64,000 bases of DNA from NCBI GenBank assembly GCA_028826165.1, contig JAPDFW010000146.1, forward strand, positions 1 to 64,000. The letters are read 5' to 3'. Every line of letters begins with the position of its first letter. Within the stretch, counting starts at the first letter, position 1. Both the position numbers and the translations under genes were made by a program. Shown in pieces: positions 21,859 to 34,200 of this stretch. The DNA comes from Anaeramoeba ignava BMAN. Its lineage: Eukaryota > Protista > Anaeramoebae. The notes beneath the pieces are model-generated. The model did no database searches. It was not told where the DNA came from and saw only the letters and a program-made list of their open reading frames with translations.

Positions 21859-22825
21859 ATGAATGAAAATAAATGTTGTTGTTGTGGATTTGAACTTGAT
21901 AAATTTTCTCGACCCAAACCTTTTAGACTTGTTTTAGAATTATCTTCAATTTATGGTTCTTCTAATAGAATTTGTAATAAATGTAGATTGCATAATTATC
22001 GCAAAGTTTGTTATTTTTTTATATTTTAATTTAAATTAAAATTTAATTTATTATTGTTTTTATTTTTATTCCCTTATTTTAATTTAAATTATTTTTTATT
22101 TTTATTTTTTATTTTTAAAAGAAAAAGAATGGAAAAAAAAAATTTTTTTTTTCTTTTTAAAATAAATAAATTTCGATATTTATTCTTTTTAAAATTTATT
22201 AAGAAAAAAAGAAAAGAAATTTATTTTTTTTGCTTTTTTCTTATTATTATTCTTCTTATTCCTCTTTTTATTTTGGAATTATTAATTTATTTTTATTTAA
22301 TTTTAGTTAAAAAAGATTAAAGCAAAAGAAAGAAATTCAAATGATTTATTAAAACCTCAATCAAAATCTCATAAAAAAAATAAAAATAATTTAAAAAATA
22401 ATTTAAAAAATAATCTAAAAAATGGATCAAAAAATAATCAAATCAAAAATGTAATATTTAATTAAATTTTCTATTTAAAAAAACAAAATAATTCTTCTTT
22501 AAAATTTTAATCTTAATTTTCAATTCCACTTTTTTTTTTTTAATTAATAAATAAAATTTAAAAATAGAATAAAAATATTGATCTAAACAATAATAATAAT
22601 AATAATTCAATTTCAAAACAAATAAAAGAATTAATAAACAAAATTAATTTAATAAAAGAAGAAAATGAAAATTTAAAAGCAGAAAATATTACTTTAAGTC
22701 AATTAATTAAAGAATATTTAGAAGATAATTTAGAATTAGAATATTTAATTTCAAATAAAAAAGAACAAATTAAAAAAATTAAAAAAGGAATTAAAGAAAA
22801 AGGATTAAAAAAATTGAATAAATAA
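21859..22825 (+). CDS. Small spliced C4 zinc-finger (GATA-like) + coiled-coil protein, 182 aa
   Basis: Exons 21859-22005, 22307-22450 and 22568-22825 are joined by phase-0 GT-AG introns. The product reads MNENKCCCCG-x~28-ICNKCRLHNYRK...IKELINKINLIKEENENLKAENITLSQL. Confidence 0.7.
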
Positions 22826-22997
22826 ACAAAATTAAAAAAAATGGAAAAAAAATGTTGACTTTGTGTTTGTTTTTTTAATTAATTGAAATCTTTGAAAAAG
22901 AAATTAAGAAGAAATTTAAAAAAGAAATTTAAAAAAGAAATTTGAAAAAGAAATTTGAAAAAGAAATTTGAAAAAGAAATTAAGAAGAAATTCCTTT

Positions 22998-25320
22998 TTA
23001 CTTCTTTCGAAGTGGTTTCATTGATTCAAGATAAATTCCTTTGAGTAATTCATCTGTTGCTTCAACTGGTGAAACTGGAAGTAAAACATTGGAAATAACA
23101 GGAGTTTCTCTTGCATTTTTAACTAATTCATCAATATCTTCTTCTTTAAATCCAACATCTCCCATTTTTTCAGGAAGACCATTTTCAGCAAGCCATTCTT
23201 CATACTTTTCAGCAACCATTGTAGCTTCAGAAGGATCTCCTTTAAGATCTGGAATTATTGGACCCAAAATCAAAGCACAAATCTTTGGAAGAACTGGATA
23301 AACAACTTTAATAACTGAAGGTTGAAGGATTCCAAGACCTTGTCCATGTGGTAAATTCCAAATCTTAGCAGCCATTGGATGTTCCTATTTAAACCAAAAA
23401 GAAATGAATTTAATTAAATTTGAATTAATTTGATTTTAATTTAATTTAAATATTGATTTGAATTGATTTAATTTAATTTAATTTAATTTTGATTTTAATT
23501 TGAATATTGATTTGATTTGATTTGATTTAATTTGAATTGATTTAATTTAAATATTGATTTGATTTAATTTGATTTGATTTGAATTGATTTAAATTTAAAT
23601 ATTGATTTAATTTAATTTTGATTTGATTTAATTTGATTTAATTTGATTTAAATATTGATTTAATTTAAATTGAATTGATTTAATTTAATTTAATTTAATT
23701 TAATTTAATTTAATTTAATTTAATTTAAATATTAATTTAATTTAATTTAATTTGATTTTAATTTAATTTAAATATTGATTTGAATTGATTTAATTTAATT
23801 TAATTTTAATTTAATTTAAATATTGATTTGATTTGATTTGATTTGATTTAATTTAAATTTAATTTGATTTAATTTAATTTAATTTAATTGATTTAATTTG
23901 AATTGATTTGATTTGATTTGATTTAATTTGATTTAATTTAAATATTGATTTAATTTAAATTTAATTTGATTTAATTTAATTTAATTTTGATTTGATTTGA
24001 TTTAATTTAATTTAATTTAATTTGAATTTGATTTAATTTAATTTAAATTTGATTTGAATTGAATATTAATTTAATTAAATTTGAATTGATTTAATTTGAT
24101 TTGATTTGATTTTAATTTAAATATTGAATTTAATTTAATTTAAATATTGATTTAATTTAAATATTGATTTAGATTGGTTTAATTTACCAATGAATGAGTA
24201 AGATGTAATAATGCAGAATCAAAAGCACATCCTGCTAATGCCGAGGCATAATGTAAATAATAACGAGCTTCACCATTCTTTGGATCTTTATTAGCAATAG
24301 GAAGGAAATGAGCAACCATTTCAACAACTTCTTTTCCAAGAATCAAAGAGAAAGGATTTCTAATTTTAGTTGTTGCAGCTTCGAAAACATGATTCAAAGA
24401 ATCAACCGCAGTATAAATAGTCATTTTTGGAGGAGAAGACATCAACAAATTAGGATCATCAATAGAATAAGTTGGATAAGCAGCAATTGAACCAACAACT
24501 GGTTTGAGAACTGGTCCTTTGTTATCAATTGTCACAACAAAGAATCGGTTAACTTCAGTTCCTGTTCCTGCTGTTGTGTTGATTGTAATCAATGGAACTG
24601 CTTCTTTTGTTTCAAAAGTTAAATGAAGAACATCATAAGCAATTTTTCCTGGATATTTCATTAAAATTGTAACTAATTTTGCTGCATCGATTGGTGATCC
24701 ACCTTTATATTTTTAAATAAAAAAAAATAAAACAAAAAAAATTTTTTTCATTAGTTCAATTTAAAAAAAAAAGTGAATTTTTGTTGTTTATTTAATTAAT
24801 TTAATTTATACCCCCAATTGCTGTAACATAATCTACTTTATTATCTAAAAATAATTTTGTGCATTCATCTATTGTCGAAGAAAGAGGATTTGTTGTAATT
24901 TTATCGTAATGAACTAATTTAATTCCTTCGTCATCTAATGCTTTCTTAACAACATCCCAAGCTCCATTTAATTTATAAGAAGACTAAAAATCAAAAAAGA
25001 AAAAAAGCAAAAAAAAATTTTTTTTTTGTTTGGTTTATTGAGTTTATTTTGGTTTTTATTTTGGTTTTTGTTTTTGTTTTTACCTTTCCAGTTACAAGTC
25101 CCATTACTTTTGGTTTTTCTTTCTTCACAATTTCTGGATACTTGTTTATTGCACCAAGACCAATTTCTAATTGAGTTTTTCCGTAACTAAGTTAATAAAA
25201 ATAAAAGAGATTAGTTTTTATAAATAGAAAAAAATATCAAAAAATTTATTGTTTATTATTTATTTACTAAAAAGAAGTAATTGAATTTTCAATTCCTTTT
25301 AAACAATTAACAACTTGCAT
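22998..25320 (-). CDS. Iron-containing (group III) alcohol dehydrogenase, 5 exons
   Basis: Spliced motifs LVTGK|SSYK..GAWDVV, AIGG|GSPIDAAK, INTTAGTGTEVNRF, DSLNHVFEA, LHLTHSL|EHP and LPHGQGL. All four introns are GT-AG; the last is 23385-24187. Confidence 0.95.
23405..24170. repeat. Intronic ATTTA/ATTTG pentamer expansion
   Basis: Fills the 803-bp last ADH intron. Confidence 0.9.
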
Positions 25321-25655
25321 GTTAAGAGAAAATGAAAAAAAATATTTTTTATTATTATTTTTCTTTTAAATTCGATTTTTTTCTCAATTTTATTCTTTAA
25401 AAAAAAAACCCTTATCTTATTTATATTTTATTTACATTTTATTTATTGATCAAATTTTTTAATGACTCAACATATGTTTGCAATTTATTTTTTTTTTAAT
25501 TCTTTTTGTAATAAAAAACAACTCAGAATTCTTATTTGATTTTGGGGTTTTGTTTGAATTAAATTTTTCAATTAAATTTTTTAATAAATTTTTCATTTAA
25601 AATTTTTTAATAAATTTTTCATTCATCAAAAAAAAAAATCAAAAAATCAAAATTC

Positions 25656-26841
25656 TCATTTTCTTTCTTTTGAAAAACTTGATCTTCTTGAATGAGAAGG
25701 AGTTGTTCTTTTAGAAGAAATTGGAGTTTTTGTTATTTTTTTAGGATAAAGACTTGATTTATTTGATTCACCAACAGATTCACTTTTTGCAGGTTCTTCT
25801 TTTTGTCTCATTTGTCTTGACATGAGAATCAAACGGTTTGAATACTCAAGAGCATTTTTGATTTCTCCGTCAGTTGGAGGTTTTATTGGCATTGCAAGAC
25901 TAGGTTTTGCAGAAGGATTTGGATTCATTTGTTTTTGGACATTTGAACTAGTCAAAATATTTGAAGTTTGATTTGCCAATTCAAAAGATTGTGAATTTTT
26001 TTTATTTTCTTGAGATTTTTCCAAAATTAAATCAGATTTTGGGTTTGCAAATTGTTCAAAAATAGGGGGATTCATAATTTTGGATGGACGAATTTTCTTC
26101 TCTTGAATTTTTAGGAAATCATCCTGATTTTTCGAGAAAATTGTACTTGAATTTTCATTTTGAATTTGTTCAGAAACTTTCATTGGCGTTACAATTGGGA
26201 TTGAGAGAAAAGTTGAGTCCAATCTCTCTTGGACTAAGATATCCTTCATCTTTGCAACAGCAATTCTTTCTTTTTTATCCTTCTTTACGCTTTTTCTCCG
26301 CGCGCTGTTGCTTCTTGAATGTGAAGTATGAGGAGTTTTCATGCGGTCATGTCTGTTTTTGAGAATGTGGATCAAAATTTTCTTTTACTGTCCTTCTTTC
26401 TAGTAATAAGCTTTGATTTGGGGAATAAAGCCAATTTTCTTCGTTGATTTCTGGATATAAAAATTCATCGATATCAATTATTGGAAGATATTTCTCTTCG
26501 AGGAATTTCGACTGCAATGTGCAAGCCAACTTGGATAATTTTTCTTCTTCTTGCTGAGCTTTTCCCATGCTTTTTTTAATAGAATCCTCGCCTATGTTTT
26601 CGTTACTTTTTTTGTTGATTCCGATTCCAAACTCAAATATCTTTGTTTCGTTTAAAACTCCTTGATTTTCGGAGATTCTTTCAATTACATTTCCTGTTGT
26701 TGTTATAAATGTTTCTCCGATTGGTAATTGATGTAAATCATGAATTGTTATGGATTTTCCTGTGTGTTTGCTTGATACTCCTAATCCATGAGAGAGAATG
26801 TTTTTGAAAATGAGATTTTCTTCGAATTGTTTATCAGCCAT
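25656..26841 (-). CDS. Hypothetical protein (~395 aa), split by one frameshift at ~26350-26375
   Basis: Two overlapping ORFs (26347-26844 and 25656-26375) with uniform coding-like GC and no intron signal. No domain recognised. Confidence 0.6.
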
Positions 26842-26904
26842 CAATATAAAAAAAATGAAAAAAATGAAAAAAATGAAAAATTTTATTTTAATTTATTTTT
26901 AAAA

Positions 26905-27880
26905 ACTCAATTCAATATTTAATTCAATTCAATTCAATTCAATATTTAATTCAATATTCAATTCAATATTTAATATTCAATATTTAATTCAATATTTAAT
27001 TCAATTCAATATTTAATTCAATTCAATTCAATATTTAATTCAATATTTAATTCAATATTTAATTCAATTCAATATTTAATTCAATATTTAATTCAATTCA
27101 ATATTTAATTCAATTCAATATTTAATTCAATATTTAATTCAATATTCAATTCAATTCAATATTTAATTCAATATTTAATATTCAATTCAATTCAATTCAA
27201 TATTCAATATTTAATATTCAATTCAATATTTAATATTTAATTCAATATTTTTATTCAATATTCACCCAATATTCAATACCAATATTTCATTATTTCAATA
27301 ATTCCATTCAATTCAACCAATTCAAATTCAATATTATTCCAATATTCATTCAATATTCAATTTTATTATTCAATATTCAATATTTATTCAATATTTCCAA
27401 TATTTAATTCAACTATTCATTCCAATTTCAATTCACCAATTTAATTTGATTCAATATTTCAATATTTCAATATTTATTTATTCAATATTTAATTCAATAT
27501 TTTTAATTCAATATTTATTCAATATTCAATATTCAATTCAATATTTAATATTCAATTTAATACCAATATATTCAATTTCGAATTTCAATTCAATATTCAA
27601 TTCAATATTTAATATTCAATATTCAATTCAATATTCAATATTCAATTCAATATTTAATATTCAATATTCAATTCAATATTCAATTCAATTCAATTCAATA
27701 TTCAATATTTAATATTCAATATTCAATTCAATATTTAATATTCTATTTAATATTCAATTCAATATTTAATATTCAATATTCAATTCAATATTCAATATTT
27801 AATTCAATATTCAATATTTGATTTAATTTTTAATTCAATTCAATATTCAATTCAATATTCAATTTAATATTCGATTTAAT
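26905..27880. repeat. Intergenic TTCAA / TTCAATATTTAA composite repeat
   Basis: Directly visible. The central ~27240-27600 part is degenerate. Confidence 0.9.
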
Positions 27881-28412
27881 TTTTAATTAGAGATCTAATT
27901 AAATTAAAATCATTATTATTCTCCTTTTTCTTTTTAAATTAAATCTCTTTTTTGCTATTTATTTCATTTTTTAAATTCTCCTTTTTTTATACCCTATTTT
28001 TTTTCTTTTTTAAGATCAAAAAAAGATAATTTTTTAATTAAATTTTATTTTTTAAAATTAAATCTAAACAACAAAAAAGAAGAAGAAAAAAAATTTTTTT
28101 TTTTAAATAACTTTTGTTTAAAAATATAAGAACAACTCATCCAAAAATTAAATAAAATTAATTAAATAAAAAATTAAATAAAAAATTAAATAAAAAAATT
28201 AATTAAAAAATTAATTAAAAAAATTAATTGTGATCGCATTTTTTTAAATTAAACTTTTTTTTTTAAAAATTTACCAATTTAATTTCCATTTTTTCTTTCA
28301 CAAAAGAATATTTTTTTACATTCTTTTCTTTAATTTACAAGTAATAAAACTAAATTTTCCAAAAATAAACTAATTGATTTTATTTCAAAAATAAATTTAA
28401 AAAAGAATAATA

Positions 28413-29648
28413 ATGGGAGCAGTCGAATCAGCGAAAAAAAAAATAACTAAGAAACAATCAAAACAATATATAAAGAAAGTTCAAGCTTATTATGAACCAA
28501 TAGTTCTTGGTGATGAAAAAGCTGATTTTATTGATGCAAATCCAGCTGCAATTTCATTATTTAAAGCAAAATCAAAAAAACAAATTTGTTCAAAAGGTCC
28601 AAATGGTCTTTCTGCAGATTTTCAACCTGCTTTCAATCTTCCTACTTCAAGAGCAGCTCCTTTAGCTATTCAATCTGCTTTTAAGTTTGCAATTCCTTTT
28701 TTTTCACCTTTTTTTTCACCTTTTTGTTTGAATTTATATTTTATTAATTTAATATTTTATTATTTTATTAAAGTTCTCCTGAAGGTTTCTTTGATTTTGA
28801 TTGGTTACATAGAGATTTAGATGGAAAAGATTTTTGGGTTCATGTATTTTTCAGATATTAAATAAATATTAAATATTAAATATTATCCAAAAATATTAAA
28901 TATTTATTATTAGGTTTGGGCAACACCTATTAATATGGGTGGAAAATTAGTTATACAAGGATTAACAAGACCAGTTTCAGGAAGAGGAATGGTAACAACA
29001 TTAGATCTTGGAGTTGATGCAGCATATTTTGTTAAACCACTTTCAGATAAAATAAAAAGTACACTTGATACAGAAACAGAATCACAAATCGAACAAACAA
29101 AATCATCACCTCAAACAGATTCTGAAACAAATACAAAAACAGATCCAAATATAAAAAAAGAATCCAAATCAGATCCAAAAACAGATCCAAAAACAGATCC
29201 AAAAAAAGAATCAAGTCCAAACACAAGTACAAAAGCAGAAGAAAAACCAACTCATGAAGTTAGAAAATCAATTATTGTTTTTCCAAATGATGATCTTGAA
29301 ATGGAATTTGATGAGAAAGTTGATTATATTAAATCACTTATTCGTTCTCATGAAAACCCCAAATTAGAAAAGAAAATTGTTGATGCACTTAATCAAGCTA
29401 AATCTTTATTCACTCGTTCAAATTTACTTCTTCAAGAACAAATTGAACAATTAACTCAAAGAATTCAAACTCAAGAAAAGAAAAACAGACAAAAATATTT
29501 CGATCTTGAAGAACATCTCCAAAACAGTTTAAAATCTAATAAAGAACTTACAAAGAAATGTGAAGTTCTTACTTCAAATTTCCAAATAATTAGAAAACTT
29601 TTTAATGATCCAGAATTAGAAAAAATTGTTGATTCAAAAGAAAAATAA
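28413..29648 (+). CDS. PAS-domain + coiled-coil protein, copy 1 (3 exons)
   Basis: Introns 28685-28773 and 28844-28913. The spliced product reads FIDANPAAISLF...LSADFQP...FDWLHRDLDGKDFWVH|VWATPI..GG. It starts MGAVES (myristoylation-like). Confidence 0.85.
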
Positions 29649-29911
29649 ATGGAAAAAGAAAATTCCAATTAATTACAAACAATTTAATTAATAATTGAAC
29701 TATTTTAATAGAAATCTAATTCTCATCCAGCCATTTCTAAATTAATTTTTCTTATCTCAAAAAAAAAATTTACCAATTTAATTTCCATTTTTTCTTTCAC
29801 AAAAGAATATTTTTTTACATTCTTTTCTTTAATTTACAAGCAATAAAACTAAATTTTCGAAAAATAAACTAATTGATTTTATTTCAAAAATAAATTTAAA
29901 AAAGAATAATA

Positions 29912-31037
29912 ATGGGAGCAGTCGAATCAGCGAAAAAAAAAATAACTAAGAAACAATCAAAACAATATATAAAGAAAATTCAAGCTTATTATGAACCAAT
30001 AGTTCTTGGTGATGAAAAAGTTGATTTTATTGATGCAAATCCAGCTGCAATTTCATTATTTAAAGCAAAATCAAAAAAACAAATTTGTTCAAAAGGTCCA
30101 AATGGTCTTTCTGCAGATTTTCAATCTGCTTTCAATCTTCCTACTTCAAAAGCAGCTCCTTTAGCTATTCAATCTGCTTTTAAGTTTGCAATTCCTTTTT
30201 TTGTTTTGTGGATTAATTTTATTAATTTTATATTTTATTATTTTATTAAAGTTCTCCTGAAGGTTTCTTTGATTTTGATTGGTTATATAGAGATTTAGAT
30301 GGAAAAGATTTTTGGGTTCATGTATTTTTCAGATATTAAATAAATATTAAATATTAAATAATAAATATTATCCAAAAATATTAAATATTTATTATTAGGT
30401 TTGGGCAACACCTATTAATATGGGTGGAAAATTAGTTATACAAGGATTAATAAGATTAATTCCAGGAAGAGGAATGGTAACAACATTAGATCTTGGATTT
30501 GATGCAGCATATTTTGTTAAACCGTTTTCAGATAAAATAAAAAGTACACTTGATACAGAAACAGAATCACAAATCGAACAAACAAAATCATCACCTCAAA
30601 CAGATTCTGAAACAAATATAAAAAAAGAAGAAAAACCAACTCATGAAGTTAGAAAATCAATTATTGTTTTTCCAAATGATGATCTTGAAATGGAATTTGA
30701 TGAGAAAATTGATTATATTAAATCACTTATTCGTTCTCATGAAAACCCTAAATTAGAAAAGAAAATTGTTGATGCACTTAATCAAGCAAAATCTTTATTT
30801 ACTCGTTCAAATTTACTTCTTCAAGAACAAATTGAACAATTAACTCAAAGAATTCAAACTCAAAAAAAGAAGAATAGTGAAAAATATTTTGATCTTGAAG
30901 AACATCTCCAAAACAGTTTAAAATCTAATAAAGAACTTACAAAGAAATGTGAAGTTCTTACTTCAAATTTCCAAATAATTAAAAAAATTTTTAATGATCC
31001 AGAATTAGAAAAAATTGTTGATTCAAAAGAAAAATAA
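29912..31037 (+). CDS. PAS-domain + coiled-coil protein, copy 2 (tandem duplicate)
   Basis: Near-identical to copy 1 with the same introns, but 32 aa shorter in the TDPK-repeat linker. Confidence 0.85.
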
Positions 31038-31216
31038 ATGGAAAAGAAAGAAAGAAAGAATAAAGATTTTTTTATTCATCAAAAAAAAAAGAAGAAAAAT
31101 AAAAAATAAAAAAAGTGATTTAATTACACTTTTTTCATCATTTTTTTTGAATAAGAATAAGAATAAGAATAATAATTATAATTATCAATATTATTATCTT
31201 CACCAAATTCAGTATT

Positions 31217-34200
31217 TCACTTATCAAAATCTAAATCACCAGTAAAAGACAAATCAAGTAAACTACTTTCCAAATTGACATCTTCAGGATAATCTTGATC
31301 ACTAACATTCTGTTCATTTAAAACTGACTGTTTTTGAAGTTGTTGAGTTGAGCCATCCACAAAAAAACGACCAGAGTTTCTTTTGCTTGATATTTGTGAT
31401 CTGTCTCTTGGTGTTGAATAACCTGAACGATAATTTTCAATTTGTTTTAAATTTGTCCCTAAAAGTCCGTTAAAATTGACAGAATTAAATTCATCAAAAA
31501 CAGAAGTGGAAGAGGGCGAGAAGGCCATATCTGGCTCGTTGAGATCCTCCATAATTTCGGGGTCAAGTTGGGAAAAGATCTGGTGGTTTCTCTTCTTCGA
31601 GAAGTAATGAGTATCCAAATCATTTTGAACAGTTGGAACAAAAGGTGGTTGTTGTTGAATAAGAGTGTCCCAGTTGATTCCTGCGAAGAAAGGATGGTTC
31701 TTAATCTCATCCGCAGATTTTGATCCCAGACGTTTTGAGGGGTCTTTGATGAGCAGTTTGGAGATCAAGTCCTTGAGCTCAGGTGACATAAAATCGGGCC
31801 ATTGTATGTTTAGAGATAAAATATTGGAAAAAATTTTTTCCATCGAGTTATCATTAAAGGGGGGAATTCCAACAACAAGTTCGTAAGCAATCACTCCCAA
31901 AGCCCACCAATCCACGCGGTGATCGTGGCCCGTACCAAACAGGATTTCTGGTGCGAGATAATCTGGTGATCCGATGATGTTGACCATCTTTCCGTTATTT
32001 TTCACATTCGAAAGTCGTGGAGAACAGATACGTGCTGTTGGGCTCAGTGGAGGAGATGGCGAGTGATTCGAAGTGTTGATGCATCCGTTGCGCATTGGGT
32101 CCTGTATGCTTTTCCTTCTTTCTTCTTCTGTTTGTTTCTCTGAGTCTTCTGGTTCCGCTATATTCTCTTTTAATTCATAACTGGTTTTCTCTTTTCCATC
32201 ATTTCTTGAGTTCTCGTGATTCTCTCCATTTGGCTTTGCATCGTGGTCTGTTTTCTCATCAAGACCAGACTCCGGTTGTGATTGATTTTCTGTATCGGAA
32301 AATTTTTCCGAAATTTCATTGTTTTGGATTTCAGTTCTTTTGAACAATCCAATTTTGGAAAGTCCGAAATCTGTCAATTTGATATGACCTTCACTTGAAA
32401 TCAAAATATTATCTGGTTTCAAATCCCTGTGAACAATGTTGTTTTTGTGCAGATATTCAAGTGCAAGAATAATTTCTGCTAAATAAACTTTTGCCATTTT
32501 TTCACTTAAATAATCAACATTGCAGAGAAGTGAATATATATCTCCTCCTCGCATGTATTCCATTATGAGATAAAGATAGTGTTTTGTTTGGATTGAATAG
32601 TAAAGCTTTACAACAAACGGGTTTTCGGTTTGTAACAATATTTTTTTTTCTGTCATAACATGTTCAATTTGATTTTTTTGAACTAATTTTCAATTTTTAA
32701 TTTTCAATTTTCAATTTTTGGAAAATAAAAAGGATAATTTTAATTTCTTACGGATATCTGATTTTTTAAGTGCTTTAATTGCATAATAATCATTAGTTTT
32801 TGGATTTCTTGCTAGATAGACTCGTCTAAAATAAATATTAAATAAATATTAAATAAATTATTAAATAAATATTAAATAAATATTCAAATAAATATTAAAT
32901 AAATATTAAATAAATATTCAATAAATTATTAAAATATTATTAAATAAATATTAAATAAATATTAAATAAATATTAAATTAATATTAAATTATTATTAAAT
33001 AAATATTAAATAAATATTAAATAAGTATTAAATAAATATTAAATAAATATTAAATAAATATTCAATTATTAGATATTAAATAAATATTAAATAAATATTA
33101 AATAAATATTAAATTATTAAATAAATATTCAATTACCCATAAGCTCCTCGTGAAATCATTTTCAGAAATTCAAATTGCTTAATAGAAGGATTAACTGGCA
33201 TTTTATCTTTATTCTCTTTATCTATTTCTTCTAATTTAGGAAGTGCTTCTGCAGATTTTAAACATGAATCCCATTTTTGATGCATCTTTTTTATATATTT
33301 ATATTTATGTTTATATTTTTAAATAAATAATTAACTCCATTTAGTATTTTCATAAAAGAAACTCATTCTTAATTAAATCAAAATAAATTAAATTAAATCA
33401 AACAATTTTTTCAAGTCTTTTCCCAAAATTAACAGTTTCTTCATCTCCTCTTCTTTTTGCCATTATAATATGATCTTGAATCTGAGATATTAATTTCATT
33501 AATAAATCCATTAAATCTGGAGATTGATTTGGAATTTTTATAGCACTAAATTTTTAAATTTTTGAATTTTTAAATTTTTAAATTTTTGAATTTTTGAATT
33601 TTTGAATTTTTGAATTTTTGAATTTGATTTAAAATTGTTTTAAAATTGTTTACCATTTCGCAATAATTTGAAAATTTTGAAATAATAATTCACTCCAAAG
33701 TCTTCTATATGTTTGTATTTCATTTGGATCTCCATGAAAATTTTTAGAAACAACCTTCAAATTCAAATAATTAAAATTAAAGTTAAATTATTAATATTTT
33801 AGATAATATTTAAAAGTAGAATAAAAAATAAATTGATTTGCAAATTGATTCAGTTTACTTGTCTAAGTTTTTGGTCACATTTTTGAATTTTCATTTTTGA
33901 AGAAAGCACAATAAGACAATATTTGCTATGTTCTTCGAGAATATCTGGAGGAAAAACCTTTTCACACATACGACAAGGAATTCCTTGAGGTTCTTCTATA
34001 ATATCTTGAATTTGATTGAATTGATGAGGTTCTTTTTGATTCAATTTTGGATTAATTGCTATTGGTAATGATTGTGGTATTTCATTAATATGTGTATCTT
34101 TTTTTTCGATTGGATTTTTTTCCGCAATTTCTATTCCTTTGATTTCATTATTTTCTTGATTTCCAGTCTTTTTTATTGCTTGTGAATCATTTATTTTATT

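Noticed and set aside
31980-32330. Insert within the kinase domain as an intein
   Set aside because: No C/S...HN-C/S/T splice motifs or LAGLIDADG blocks. An insert between DFG and APE is normal for Greatwall/Rim15/IRE kinases.
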